Source: an uncultured bacterium (GTDB lineage Bacteria; Spirochaetota; Spirochaetia; Treponematales; Rectinemataceae). From it: a DNA stretch of 64,000 nucleotides. Below are positions 31,278 to 42,929 of the stretch, piece after piece. The notes under the pieces are model-generated. The model was not told where the DNA came from and searched no databases. It worked only from the letters and a program-made list of their open reading frames with translations. The stretch lies in the NCBI GenBank assembly GCA_963787185.1, contig CAWBCC010000011.1, positions 135,916 to 199,915 of the forward strand, written 5' to 3'. Every line of letters begins with the position of its first letter. The first letter of the stretch is position 1. The position numbers and the translations under genes were made by a program.

Positions 31278-31337
31278 GGCTGTGGACTATACCCAAGAGA
31301 CGCCGCGCCGGTCAAAGGGCCGGCGTCCGCCGCGCGC

Positions 31338-32294
31338 TCAGGATGGAGCGGCTACGAGGGGCGGCGCGATCGAGGCTGCGGAATCGTCCGTCGAGGCGGC
31401 GAGGGGAGCCGGCTCGGACCGCACGACGCGGTATTTGATGACGAAGCCCGAGGGCCGGTAGGTCATCTTGGCCTGACGCAGCCCCTCGTCGCCCAGATCC
31501 TGCTCGCGATTGATCGCAACATAATGCTGAGGAAGGGCCTGGGCAAAGGCCTGGTTGATGAACTGGTAGATTCCCTTGAAGCGATCGCAGGCCTTTTCGA
31601 AATGGACGGCGAACATCCTGCCCTTGGCGAGCGGCTCGCCGAGGCACCATCCGGCGGGTCGGCCGTCGACATAATACACGTAGCCCCGCATCCCGAGAAC
31701 ATCGAAAAGTTCGAGCGCTTCGCGCGATGCGGCGTAGTCGCCGTCCAGTTCCTTGGTTTGGCGCCACTCGTCCAGCACGGCGACGGCGTCGGGCACGTTG
31801 TCCGCGCGAAGCGGCTTCTGTTCGTAGCTGTAGGAATTGAGAAACGCGTTCACGAGATTGCGCTTCTTGTGGTAGGCCTTGCCGGAGAGTTCGGCGAGAT
31901 CGGTTCGCAGATACAGATAGTCGAAGTTGTCGCGGTCCTCCACCACCCCGTAGCCGGCGCCTTCGAGCTCGGCGCGGTGCGCGTCGGCCTGACTCTCCGA
32001 GAGGTTCTTGAGATAGTCGTGTCCGGACAGGAGCTCGTCGAGCACCTCGAGCGACGGCAGGCCGCAGGGAACGTAGAAGAAGCTCTTTCCCGCCTTCGAA
32101 CCTTCGATTATGAAGGTGGTGCCGGGAAGGCGCGAAACGCGATATCCGTAGGTCCTTCTGAAGAGGTAGAGATTCGAAAAGGTGAACTCCGATATCCCAT
32201 CTTTTATCATGTTGAGAGATGGATAGAGGTCATCGCGCATGTCGAGAGAGATCGGAGCGAATTCGGGGTACACGGGTATTGCCATGAGTATCAT
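31338..32294 (-). CDS. DUF2156 (phosphatidylglycerol lysyltransferase C-terminal-like) domain protein
   Basis: 318 aa. ISLDMRDDLYPSLNMIKDGISEFTFSNLYLFRRTYGYRVS matches my memory of the DUF2156/LPG_synthase_C N-terminal pattern. Confidence 0.55.
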   Translation of the reverse strand: MILMAIPVYPEFAPISLDMRDDLYPSLNMIKDGISEFTFSNLYLFRRTYGYRVSRLPGTTFIIEGSKAGKSFFYVPCGLPSLEVLDELLSGHDYLKNLSESQADAHRAELEGAGYGVVEDRDNFDYLYLRTDLAELSGKAYHKKRNLVNAFLNSYSYEQKPLRADNVPDAVAVLDEWRQTKELDGDYAASREALELFDVLGMRGYVYYVDGRPAGWCLGEPLAKGRMFAVHFEKACDRFKGIYQFINQAFAQALPQHYVAINREQDLGDEGLRQAKMTYRPSGFVIKYRVVRSEPAPLAASTDDSAASIAPPLVAAPS

Positions 32295-32339
32295 GATACG
32301 AAAAGGCGGCTGTCTTCGGCAAGTCGAAGGCCCCGGCCT

Positions 32340-35300
32340 TCAGCGTTCGACGCGGTTGCGACCGCCTTCCTTGGCGGCGAAGAGCGCACGGTCCGCGGCG
32401 GCCACGAGCGCCGCCGCGTTGACGCCGGTCTCGGGCCGGAGGGCGGCGCAGCCGGCGCTCACGGTCACGACCGGCGCCGCCCGGGACTCGCCGTGGGCCA
32501 TGGCGATCTTCTCGACGGAAAGGCGAATTCGCTCCGCCACGATGAGCGCTCCCTCGATCCCCGTATTCGGCAGCAGGACGAGGAATTCTTCCCCCCCGTA
32601 GCGGGCCGCGATATCGGTCGCGCGTTCGAGCGACGCCGTCATGCAGCCGGCGATGCGGCGTAGGCACTCGTCGCCGGCGCGGCGGCCGTAGCGATCGTTG
32701 TAAGCCTTGAAAAAATCTACGTCGATCATGATGACGGCGAGCGATTCCTTCCCGCGGGAGGCGTGGGCGAAGGCCTGCTCGAGCGCCTCGTCGAGTCTGC
32801 GCCGATTCGTGATCCGAGTGAGCGGGTCGATGACGGAGAGAAGCTCGATCTTCTCCTCCGCTGAAGCGAGGGACTTTTTGACTTCGGCGAGTTCGGCCGA
32901 GCCGGCGCGCAACCTGATTGCCAGATACCGCGAAACGATCAGCGCGGTCGCGGCGGCGAGCAGCACCAGGTAGAGCGCCGTCGCCCAGGGACTGCGCCAC
33001 GGGGCGGTCGCCACATGCAGGCTCAGAGCGAGTCCCTCTTCGTTCCAAAGACCGTCGTTGTTCGAGGCGCGGACGCGGAACGTGTAGTTTCCACCGGGAA
33101 GATTCGTGTAGGTCGCGGAATGTCGCGCACCCGCCTGTATCCATCCCCGATCGAATCCCTCGAGGCGATATGCGTAACGATTTCGCTCGGGCTCGTGAAA
33201 ATCGAGGGCCGCGAATTCGAACCTGACGGTATTGTCGCGATAACCCAGGTCGAGACGCTTGAGCATCGGAGCCGCCGACGGCAGGACGGCGGGGAGATTG
33301 TCCACCTCGATACGCGTCAGCACCACCGGAGGGCGATGCGTGTTGTATTCGTAGCGTCCGGTCGGGAAATGATAGAGTATGTCGAGCGCGCCGAAATAGA
33401 GCGATCCGTCCGGCGCCGCGAAGGCTCCTTCGAAGAACTCGCGGTTTCGCAGATCGTCGAAGACCGTGAGGCCGCGAAAGACTCCGCCGGCGCGATCGTA
33501 GAGCGCGAGCCCCCGAGGCGTGGCTATCCAGAGATTACCGTCGTTATCCTCGAGTATCCGGACCACCGAATCGCTCGGCAAGCCGTCCTTCGCCGTGTAG
33601 GTCACGAAAGAGTCGGTCTCGCTCTCGTAGCGCATGAGCCCTCCGCTCGCGGTGCCGATCCACAGCACTCCCCTGGAGTCGCAGAACATCGTCCGGATGG
33701 AATCGTCCGATATGCCCGAAACCTTCGAAGGATCGTAGTAGTAGCGGACGAAGGACGAACCCTCGAGTCGGTCGAGCCCATGGTTCGTCCCCACCCAGAG
33801 TCGCCCCTTGGCGTCGTGCTGGATGCAATAGACGAGATTGTCCGAAAGGGACGAAGGCTGCCGGGGGTCGTGCGCAAAATGTCTGAAGCGTCCGGTCTTC
33901 GCGTTCAGAAAGTCCAAGCCGCCGGAGTAGGTGCCGATCCAGTAGCCGTTCGCATTTTCGTCCATGGCGCAGACGATCTCCGAAGAGAGACCGTCGCTGC
34001 TTCCGTCGTGTCTGATCACGGAAAAATCGCCCCGTGCACCGTCGAAGCGCGCGAGCCCCCCATCGGTGCCGAACCAGAGCCGGCCGCGGGAGTCTTGGAA
34101 GGCGAACGTGACGATATCGTTCGGCAGCGAACGCGGATCGGCCGGATCATGACGATACTGCGTCCATCTCCCGGTCTGCGCGTCCCGCCGTGCGAGCCCG
34201 GCGTTGTAGACCCCCACCCATAGCGCCCCGCTCCGATCGATCCGGACGACATCGACTTTGCCGGGGAGGAAAGAATCTCCTCTCTCATCCGCGACCATCG
34301 CCCTGTAGTTCCTCTGGGCTCGGCAGAGTCCGTCGACGCCGCCTCCGTTCGTGCCCAGCCACAGCTCGCCCGAGTCGTCGCCGCATATCGAGCAGACCAT
34401 GTCGTTCGACAGCGAGCCCGGCTCCCTGTCCGCCCGATAGATGAAAAATCGCCCGCTCGCCTCGTCGTACTCGAAAAGACCTCCGCCCCAGCTGCCGGCG
34501 AAGATCACGCCGGTCTCGGTCGCGCTCACCGTATATATGCGCCCGTCGGGGGTCGGATGGTTTTCGAAACTCCTGCCGTCGGGGTCGAAGCGGGAGATGC
34601 CGCCGTTCCAGGTCCCGAGCCACAGGGAGCCGCCCGAGTCCACGTCGATGGACATGACATAGTCCGAAAGAAGACTTTTCGGGTCCCTCGGATCACGGCG
34701 GAAAGTCGCGAAACAGTCCCGCTCTTCGTCGTAGCGCGACAGCCCGCCCCCGGCGGTGCCGATCCAGAGACGGCCCGCGCGGTCGAGTTTCAGGGCCCTG
34801 ATCGTATTCGATTGGAGACTCCTCGGATCGCCGGGCCTCCCGTCGTAATGCACGAAGGTTCCCGTCTTCTCGTCCAGGCGATCGAGACCGTCGAGAGTGC
34901 CCACCCACAGGCGGCCGCGCCTGTCGCGCGAGACGGCGAGGACCGTGTTGTCGGAGAGAGAATCGGCCCTGCAGGGATCGTTTTTGTAGACGGTGAAGCG
35001 CTCGGTCTCGAGATCGAGGCGGTTCAGGCCGCCGTAGGTGCCCACCCAGAGCACGTCGCCGTCGAGATACAAGGTTTGGACCACATCGTTGCTGAGAGTT
35101 CGAGGGTCGAAGGGAATGTTGTCGAAGGTCTTGAACGAATAACCGTCGTAGCGGTCGAGCCCCCCTTGCGTGCCGAACCAGATGAAACCGCGCCTGTCCT
35201 GCACGATGGACGAAACCGAAGAGTTGGACAGACCGTCGCGCGTCCCGAGGACGGAGAAGAGAACCCTGCCGAGCGGCGCTTGAGACCGCGCACTCTCCCC

Positions 35301-35426
35301 GGCCGAAGCGGCGGCGTCCGCCGCGGGCGCGCCGGCCCCGGAGACGGCGACGCCGGAGAGGGCGAAAGCCGCAACGAGCGCAGAACTCGCGATCCTGCGC
35401 CCCATGCCCCATCGACGACTCTTCAT
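32340..35426 (-). CDS. periplasmic beta-propeller/Y_Y_Y sensor diguanylate cyclase (GGDEF)
   Basis: Start chosen at MKSRRWGMGRRIASSALVAAFALSGVAV (signal peptide; ATG 35426-35424). It has many two-component-regulator-propeller repeats (LWVGT/LWIGT/LWFGT), one TM segment and a C-terminal GGDEF domain (RYGGEEFLVLL). Confidence 0.85.
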   Translation of the reverse strand: MKSRRWGMGRRIASSALVAAFALSGVAVSGAGAPAADAAASAGESARSQAPLGRVLFSVLGTRDGLSNSSVSSIVQDRRGFIWFGTQGGLDRYDGYSFKTFDNIPFDPRTLSNDVVQTLYLDGDVLWVGTYGGLNRLDLETERFTVYKNDPCRADSLSDNTVLAVSRDRRGRLWVGTLDGLDRLDEKTGTFVHYDGRPGDPRSLQSNTIRALKLDRAGRLWIGTAGGGLSRYDEERDCFATFRRDPRDPKSLLSDYVMSIDVDSGGSLWLGTWNGGISRFDPDGRSFENHPTPDGRIYTVSATETGVIFAGSWGGGLFEYDEASGRFFIYRADREPGSLSNDMVCSICGDDSGELWLGTNGGGVDGLCRAQRNYRAMVADERGDSFLPGKVDVVRIDRSGALWVGVYNAGLARRDAQTGRWTQYRHDPADPRSLPNDIVTFAFQDSRGRLWFGTDGGLARFDGARGDFSVIRHDGSSDGLSSEIVCAMDENANGYWIGTYSGGLDFLNAKTGRFRHFAHDPRQPSSLSDNLVYCIQHDAKGRLWVGTNHGLDRLEGSSFVRYYYDPSKVSGISDDSIRTMFCDSRGVLWIGTASGGLMRYESETDSFVTYTAKDGLPSDSVVRILEDNDGNLWIATPRGLALYDRAGGVFRGLTVFDDLRNREFFEGAFAAPDGSLYFGALDILYHFPTGRYEYNTHRPPVVLTRIEVDNLPAVLPSAAPMLKRLDLGYRDNTVRFEFAALDFHEPERNRYAYRLEGFDRGWIQAGARHSATYTNLPGGNYTFRVRASNNDGLWNEEGLALSLHVATAPWRSPWATALYLVLLAAATALIVSRYLAIRLRAGSAELAEVKKSLASAEEKIELLSVIDPLTRITNRRRLDEALEQAFAHASRGKESLAVIMIDVDFFKAYNDRYGRRAGDECLRRIAGCMTASLERATDIAARYGGEEFLVLLPNTGIEGALIVAERIRLSVEKIAMAHGESRAAPVVTVSAGCAALRPETGVNAAALVAAADRALFAAKEGGRNRVER

Positions 35427-35554
35427 ACTGCCTCGGATGATACCCGAGCGCGGGGGAAAAACAATACGAAAATGGTCCCTTTGAAAATGCGGACGCATGA
35501 GCAATTTGAGGGTAGCGTTGACCGCCCCGAAAAATCGATGCATACTCGCCGACT

Positions 35555-36868
35555 ATGAAACCAAGATCGGAACTGCTCTCCCGGCCCTTCGCGTCCGAAC
35601 TCGTCGAGCGCTTCGTGCGCTATGTCCAGATAGACTCCACCAGCGACCGCCATGTCGAGGACATACCCTCGACGCCGAACCAATGGAATATCGCGAAGCT
35701 TCTCGTCAAGGAACTCGAGGATCTCGGCGTCGAAGACCTCGTCCTCGACGACCACTGTTATCTCATCGCGCGCCTTCCTCCCGGTCCCGGCCTCGAGAGC
35801 CGCCCCTCGATAGGCTTGATGGCCCACATGGATACGGCGAGCGATGTGCCGGGACAGGACGTGAAACCGCGCGTGGTCGCCGCTTACGACGGAGGCCCGC
35901 TCGTCCTCGGCTCCGCCCGAAGGTCCGCCGTTTCGGATGCCGCGGATCGGGGTTCCGCGGCATCCGAAACGCTCGTTCTCGATCCGGCCGAAAATCCCGA
36001 CCTCGCCGAGCACGCGGGCGATACGATCGTGGTGACCGACGGCAGCACCCTCCTCGGCGCCGACGACAAGGCGGGCATCGCCGAGATCATGACCGCGGCG
36101 AGGTACATCCTCACGCATGACGACATTCCCCACGGGCCCATCGAGCTCATCTTCACGCCCGACGAGGAAACGGGCAAGGGCATGAACCTCTTCCCCCTGC
36201 AGAATCTCCGGTCGAAGATCTGCTACACCGTCGACGGAGGAAAGGCGGGCGAGATAGAAGCCGAGTGCTTCAATGCCTATTCCGTCAATGCCGAGTTCAA
36301 AGGGAGGTCGATCCACATAGGCTCCGCGCGCGGAAAGCTCGCCAACGCGGTAGCCATGGCGGGATCCTTCATATCGATGCTGCCGCGAAGCGAAAGCCCC
36401 GAAGCCACGGACGGCTGGTACGGCTACTACTGCCCCCTCGAAATGTCGGGCGGCATCGAGCGCGCCGCGGTCGAGGTCTTTCTGCGGGACTTCACGCGCG
36501 AGGGCATGGACCGCCGGATCGAAACCCTCGGGGCCCTCGCCAAGGCCGTCGAGGCGCAATTTCCCCTGGGATCGGTCGAGCTCACCGTCGCCAAGCAGTA
36601 CCTGAATATGCGCGAAAAGCTCGACGAGCGGCCCGAGGTGCTCGAGCGCCTGATGGAAGCCGCCCGGAGAGCCGGAGCCGAGCCTTTCGTCATGCCCATC
36701 CGCGGCGGCACCGACGGCGCGCGGCTCACCGAGATGGGCGTGCCCACCCCGAACATGTTCACGGGCGGCTACAACTACCACAGCCGCTATGAATGGGCTT
36801 CGCTATCGGACATGGCGCTCGCGACCGACACCCTGCTCGAATTGGTGAACCTCTGGGCGCATGCCTAG
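35555..36868 (+). CDS. pepT: peptidase T (tripeptide aminopeptidase, M20B)
   Basis: 437 aa. LVERFVRYVQIDSTSD...STPNQWNIAKLLVKELEDLG, GADDKAGIAEIM and IRGGTDGARL are typical of PepT. Confidence 0.85.
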   Translation: MKPRSELLSRPFASELVERFVRYVQIDSTSDRHVEDIPSTPNQWNIAKLLVKELEDLGVEDLVLDDHCYLIARLPPGPGLESRPSIGLMAHMDTASDVPGQDVKPRVVAAYDGGPLVLGSARRSAVSDAADRGSAASETLVLDPAENPDLAEHAGDTIVVTDGSTLLGADDKAGIAEIMTAARYILTHDDIPHGPIELIFTPDEETGKGMNLFPLQNLRSKICYTVDGGKAGEIEAECFNAYSVNAEFKGRSIHIGSARGKLANAVAMAGSFISMLPRSESPEATDGWYGYYCPLEMSGGIERAAVEVFLRDFTREGMDRRIETLGALAKAVEAQFPLGSVELTVAKQYLNMREKLDERPEVLERLMEAARRAGAEPFVMPIRGGTDGARLTEMGVPTPNMFTGGYNYHSRYEWASLSDMALATDTLLELVNLWAHA

Positions 36869-37053
36869 AGGTTAGGCCTCCGGGCGCAAGCCTAGAGGAT
36901 AGGATAGGCTAGGCTCGGCTCCCTGAACGAGCGCGGCCCATCGGGCTCGGAAAACGATATCTATTCCTTTCGATTCTATTGACAGTAACACGGGAGCCGG
37001 ACTAAACTGCATCATATTGCTTCTATCAACAAAATCTCCGGAAGGAAGCATCG

Positions 37054-38514
37054 ATGATTCGCCCCTCTCGTCTCGATTTTCTCAAAGCTTCCAAGCCGGG
37101 ACACGTGATCCCGGTGCTCAAGAAGGTCGCGGCCGACCGCATCACCGCCATTGACGCCTACTACGCCCTCGGCGCGTCCTACCTCCTCGAGTCGGCGGGC
37201 GGAGGGAACTTCGGCCGCTATTCCTTCCTCGGAGTGGAACCGGTGGCGCGGCTGTCCATCGAGGGAGGGGTATGCCACCTCCGCGATGGAGCCCAGATGA
37301 GCGCCTTTTCGACGCCCGATCCGGTCCGCGCCATAGGCGAGCTGCTCCGCGCCCATCCCTTCGCCGGCGAGGGCGACCTCTCTCCCTTCCCGGGTGGAGC
37401 CGTGGGCTATCTCGGCTACGGCGTGGCCCGGCTCTGGGAAAAACTTCCGGACGTTTCGGCCAAGAGCGATCTGGGTCTCCCCGACGGGCTCTTCATGATT
37501 ACGCGCTTCACTCTCGTCTTCGACAATCTGACGCACGATCTCAGTATAATCTGCAATGTCCGCGTCGAGGGCGACCCCGAGGCCGAGTACGTCGAGGCGA
37601 TCAAGGGCATAGAAAGGCTCGAAGCCCTGCTCGAGCGTTCCGCGGCGGAAAGGACGGGAGCGCGCGTGCCGATAGCGGCGGGCGGGCGCCGCACGAATAT
37701 GGATCGTCCTACCTTCGAGGCGGGCGTCGCACGGGCGAAGAAGCTCATCGAAGAGGGCGAGGTCATCCAGGTCGTGCTCTCGCAGCGCTTCAGCGTCGAT
37801 TTCGCGGGCGAACCTTTCGAGATATATCGGGCGCTTCGCTCGCTCAATCCCTCGCCCTACATGTTCTACCTCGATTTTTCGGATTTCGTCCTGCTCGGCG
37901 CCTCGCCCGAAGTGATGGTCCGCGTCGACGGCGGCAAGGCCACGCTCCGCCCCATCGCGGGCACCAGGCGGCGCGGGAAAGATCGGCTGGAGGACGCGTC
38001 CCTGCGCGACGAGCTTCTCGCCGACGAGAAGGAGCGGGCCGAGCACATGATGCTCCTCGATCTGGCGCGCAACGACCTGGGGAGGATCGCCAAGCCCGGT
38101 ACCGTCTCCGTGGACCGCCTGATGGAGGTCGAATTTTACTCGCATGTCATGCACATAGTCTCGGAGGTGTCGGCGGAGATGGGAGAGGGGGTGGATGTCT
38201 TCGATGTGATCCGGGCGGTCTTTCCGGCCGGCACGGTATCGGGCGCGCCCAAGATCCGCGCCATGGAGATCATCGACTCCATCGAGCCCGATCGGCGCGG
38301 ATTCTACGCGGGGCTCGTCGGCTACTTCAGCTATCGCGGCGGCTTCGACTCCTGCATAGCGATCCGTTCGGCGATAGTGAAGGACGGGAAGCTCCACGTC
38401 CAGGCGGGCGCGGGGATCGTGTACGACTCGGATCCGGCGCGCGAGTACGAGGAGACGGTCAACAAGGCCGAAGCCGTCTTCGCCGCGCTCTCGACGATCG
38501 GAGGCCGACCGTGA
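37054..38514 (+). CDS. trpE: anthranilate synthase component I
   Basis: 486 aa with a chorismate-binding C-terminal region (LSPFPGGAVGYLGYG, GTVSGAPKIRAMEII, FYAGLVGYFSYRGGFDSCIAIRS). It is the first gene of the trp operon. Confidence 0.93.
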   Translation: MIRPSRLDFLKASKPGHVIPVLKKVAADRITAIDAYYALGASYLLESAGGGNFGRYSFLGVEPVARLSIEGGVCHLRDGAQMSAFSTPDPVRAIGELLRAHPFAGEGDLSPFPGGAVGYLGYGVARLWEKLPDVSAKSDLGLPDGLFMITRFTLVFDNLTHDLSIICNVRVEGDPEAEYVEAIKGIERLEALLERSAAERTGARVPIAAGGRRTNMDRPTFEAGVARAKKLIEEGEVIQVVLSQRFSVDFAGEPFEIYRALRSLNPSPYMFYLDFSDFVLLGASPEVMVRVDGGKATLRPIAGTRRRGKDRLEDASLRDELLADEKERAEHMMLLDLARNDLGRIAKPGTVSVDRLMEVEFYSHVMHIVSEVSAEMGEGVDVFDVIRAVFPAGTVSGAPKIRAMEIIDSIEPDRRGFYAGLVGYFSYRGGFDSCIAIRSAIVKDGKLHVQAGAGIVYDSDPAREYEETVNKAEAVFAALSTIGGRP

Positions 38515-40103
38515 TTCTCATCATCGACAACTACGATTCCTTCACCTACAACCTGGCCCAGGCCTTCATGTCCCTGGGCGAGGAGGTGAAGGTCTTCCGC
38601 AACGACGGGATAACCGCCGACGAGGCCGAGGCCCTCGATTTCGACCGTCTGGTCGTTTCGCCCGGCCCCGGCGTTCCGGAGTCGGCGGGGAGATCGATCG
38701 AACTCATACGGCGCTTCACGGGCAGGAAACCCATTCTCGGCGTATGCCTAGGGCACCAGGCGATCGCCGCGGCCTTCGGCGCGAAGATCGTGCGGGCCGG
38801 ACGCATCATGCACGGCAAGGTCGACGAGATAACGCACGACGGAAAGTCCATCTATTCCGACCTGCCCAACCCCTTGCGCGTCATGCGATACCATTCCCTG
38901 GTCGTGAAGCCGGGAACCCTTCCCGAGGACTTCGAGGTGAGTTCGTCCTCTCCCGACGGCGACATCATGGGCATCCGCAACGTCGCCATGCGCATCGAGG
39001 GCGTCCAGTTCCATCCCGAATCTATAGGGACGGAGGAAGGCGGGCGCATCCTCGCGAACTTCCTCTCCGAAGCCAAGGAGAGACCCACGGCGAAGGCGCT
39101 CCTGAAGCGCGTGTTCGCCCGCGAATCGCTCGGCGCCGAGGAGGCGCGGGTCTTCATGGACAGGATCGCCGAAGGATCGGCCAGCCCTTCCCAGATCGGC
39201 GCCTTCCTCGCGGCCGTGACGCTCAGGGGCCCGACCGTGGAGGAGATCGTCGGCTTCGCGGCCTCTCTCAGGGGGCGGGCCCTCGAGCTCCCTCTGAAGT
39301 CGTCGGAGGGACTCATCGATACCTGCGGCACGGGCGGCGATTCCTCGGGGACTTTCAACATTTCCACGACGGCGGCCATCGTGGCCGCCGGCGCCGGCGC
39401 GAAGGTGGCCAAGCACGGCAATCGTTCCGTCACCTCGCGTTCGGGCTCGGCCGACGTGCTCGAGGCGCTCGGCGTCCCGGTGCGGCTTTCGCCGAGCGCC
39501 GCGGTCCGATCTCTGGAAGAGGCGGGCATGGCCTTCCTCTTCGCTCCCGATTACCACCCCGCCTTCAAAAACATCGCCGGCCCCCGCCGCGAGCTCGGCT
39601 TCCGCACTCTCTTCAATATGATGGGTCCCCTCATCAACCCCGCCCGCGTGAAGGCCCAGGTCATCGGCGTCTACGCCCCGGAGCTCACCGAGACCGTCGC
39701 GCGCGTCCTGGTCGAACTGGGGCACACGCGGGCCTTCGTCGTCCACGGCCTCGACGGGGTGGACGAACTCAGCCTGGCCGCGCCGACGAGAGTCACCGAG
39801 CTCCGCGACGGCTGGCTCAGGACCTGGACGCTCGAGGTCGAAGAGTTCGGTCTCACGCGCTGCAATCAGGCGGACCTCAGGGGAGGCGACGCCGAGCGGA
39901 ACGCGCGCATCCTCGAGAGTATCCTCGCCGGGGAGGAAGGACCCAAGCGCGATGTGGCGCTGCTCAATGCAGCCGCCGCGATCGTCGTCGCCGGAATAGC
40001 CTCCGGCCTCCGCGAAGGCATCGAAGCGGCCCGCGCCTCCATCGACTCGGGCGCGGCCTCGCGGGTGCTCGAAGCCCTCCGCGCGCAGAAGTCGCGCCCG
40101 TGA
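38511..40103 (+). CDS. trpGD: bifunctional anthranilate synthase component II (glutamine amidotransferase) / anthranilate phosphoribosyltransferase
   Basis: GTG at 38511 overlaps the trpE stop (GTGA). The N-terminal part VILIIDNYDSFTYNLAQAF...GVCLGHQAI...VQFHPES is TrpG. The C-terminal part ...DTCGTGGDSSGTFNISTTAAIVAAGAG.KVAKHGNRS is TrpD. Together they form one 530-aa ORF in the frame of track ORF 37272..40103. Confidence 0.9.
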   Translation: MILIIDNYDSFTYNLAQAFMSLGEEVKVFRNDGITADEAEALDFDRLVVSPGPGVPESAGRSIELIRRFTGRKPILGVCLGHQAIAAAFGAKIVRAGRIMHGKVDEITHDGKSIYSDLPNPLRVMRYHSLVVKPGTLPEDFEVSSSSPDGDIMGIRNVAMRIEGVQFHPESIGTEEGGRILANFLSEAKERPTAKALLKRVFARESLGAEEARVFMDRIAEGSASPSQIGAFLAAVTLRGPTVEEIVGFAASLRGRALELPLKSSEGLIDTCGTGGDSSGTFNISTTAAIVAAGAGAKVAKHGNRSVTSRSGSADVLEALGVPVRLSPSAAVRSLEEAGMAFLFAPDYHPAFKNIAGPRRELGFRTLFNMMGPLINPARVKAQVIGVYAPELTETVARVLVELGHTRAFVVHGLDGVDELSLAAPTRVTELRDGWLRTWTLEVEEFGLTRCNQADLRGGDAERNARILESILAGEEGPKRDVALLNAAAAIVVAGIASGLREGIEAARASIDSGAASRVLEALRAQKSRP

Positions 40104-40990
40104 GCGGCCCGGGCATTCTGGGGGCCATCGCCTCCGAACGCGCGGCCGACGTCCGGCTCGCGAAGAAGTCGAGGCCCGAAGCTTCGCTTTCCCGCGAAGC
40201 CTCCGCTCCGCGGCCCCTCTTTCGCGGAGGCGGCGGTGTCGTCCTCATCGCCGAATGCAAGCGGGCCTCACCCTCGCGCGGACTGCTCGTCGAGCGCTAC
40301 GAAAGCGCGCGCATCGCGGCCGCCTACGAACGGGGCGGCGCGAACGCGATATCGGTGCTCACGGAGCCGCGGCATTTCCTCGGTTCCGACGCGGACCTCT
40401 CGGCGGTCAGGGCCGCCACGGGGCTGCCCGTCCTCCGCAAGGACTTCATTGTCGACGCCTACCAGATACGCGAGGCCTGGGCCATCGGCGCCGACGCCCT
40501 CCTCCTCATAGCGGCCCTCCTCGACCGGACGAGAATCGCCGAGTTCGCCGCCTGCGCCCGCGCCCTCGGCATGGAGACGCTTCTCGAGATCCACGGCGAG
40601 GAAGAGCTCGAGCTCGCCGCCGCGGCCGCCGACCTGGTGGACGCGGTCGGAGTCAACTCCCGCGAGCTTTCCAGCTTCGCCATGGACGCCTCGCGCCCGT
40701 CGCGCCTCGCCGCCCGCCTCGATTCGATCCTGCCCCGGGGCCTGCGCCGGGTGGCCGAGTCGGGGCTCAGGAGCGGCGACGAGGCGGCCGCCCTGAGGCG
40801 GCTCGGCTACGACGCCTTTCTCGTCGGCGAGCATTTCGTCACCGCGGAGGATCCGGAGGAGACCGTCCGCGAATTCGTGGCGCGGGTTCGAGCGGCGAGC
40901 CCGGGACGCGAGCCCGCGATCGAAGCGCGAGCCTCCGGGGTGGGACTCGCCGGAACGTCCGAAGGAGGACCACAGTGCGCCCGAGAGTGA
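40100..40990 (+). CDS. trpC: indole-3-glycerol phosphate synthase
   Basis: GTG at 40100 overlaps the trpGD stop. VLIAECKRASPSRGLL...ISVLTEPRHFLGS...LRKDFIVDAYQIREA are TrpC motifs. Confidence 0.9.
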   Translation: MSGPGILGAIASERAADVRLAKKSRPEASLSREASAPRPLFRGGGGVVLIAECKRASPSRGLLVERYESARIAAAYERGGANAISVLTEPRHFLGSDADLSAVRAATGLPVLRKDFIVDAYQIREAWAIGADALLLIAALLDRTRIAEFAACARALGMETLLEIHGEEELELAAAAADLVDAVGVNSRELSSFAMDASRPSRLAARLDSILPRGLRRVAESGLRSGDEAAALRRLGYDAFLVGEHFVTAEDPEETVREFVARVRAASPGREPAIEARASGVGLAGTSEGGPQCARE

Positions 40991-41684
40991 AGATCTGCGG
41001 CATCACCCGCTTCGACGACGCCGCTCTGGCGCTCGGACTCGGCGCGGACGAAATCGGCTTCGTCTTCGCGGCCTCGCCCAGGCGCATAGCCCCCGAAGAA
41101 GCCGCCTCGATCGTCGAGCGGCTCGATCGGAAAGGATGGCTCGGAGGGAAAAGGACGGTCGGAGTCTTCGTCAACGAAAGGCCCGAAGAGATGGCTCGCA
41201 TCGTCGCCCTCGTCGGTCTGGACGCCGTCCAGGTCCACGGCGACGAGAGTCCGGAAGACTGCGCCGCCTTCGGCTTCCCCTGGTACAGGGCTCTGAGGAT
41301 CGGCTCGGAAGAGGAGGCGCTCTCGCGTTGCGCGGAGCCGTGGCATTGTCCGCGCATCCTCGTGGACGCGGCCGTCCGCGGAGCCTACGGCGGTACCGGA
41401 CTCCGCCTCCTGCCGGCGGCCGCGCGCGCGGCCGCCGGAGCGACGCGCCTGGCGGGAAAGGATTTCTTCCTCGCGGGCGGCATCACCCCCGACAACGTCG
41501 CCGAGATCCTCGCGGCCGTCGGGCCCGATGGCATCGATCTGAGCTCGGGCGTGGAGGAGAGGCCCGGCAGGAAATCGCGACCCGGACTGGAGCGGCTTTT
41601 CGCCGAGATCGCCCGCTCCGAGGGCCGAATCGAACGCGGCGCGGGGAGCGGGCGTTCCCGCGCGCGGGAGGGGGAGGCGCAGTC

Positions 41685-41688
<4 letters not shown>
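40975..41688 (+). CDS. trpF: phosphoribosylanthranilate isomerase
   Basis: GTG at 40975 is preceded by GAAGGAGGA. VKICGITRFDDAALALGLGADEIGFVF and LAGGITPDNV are TrpF motifs. It overlaps the trpC end. Confidence 0.88.

Positions 41689-42925
<1,237 letters not shown>

Positions 42926-42929
<4 letters not shown>

Noticed and set aside
36869-37053. trp leader peptide/attenuator or T-box upstream of trpE
   Set aside because: There is no short ORF with tandem Trp codons and no terminator/antiterminator pair recognisable. I saw only a possible TTGACA-N18-TAAACT promoter, too weak to list.
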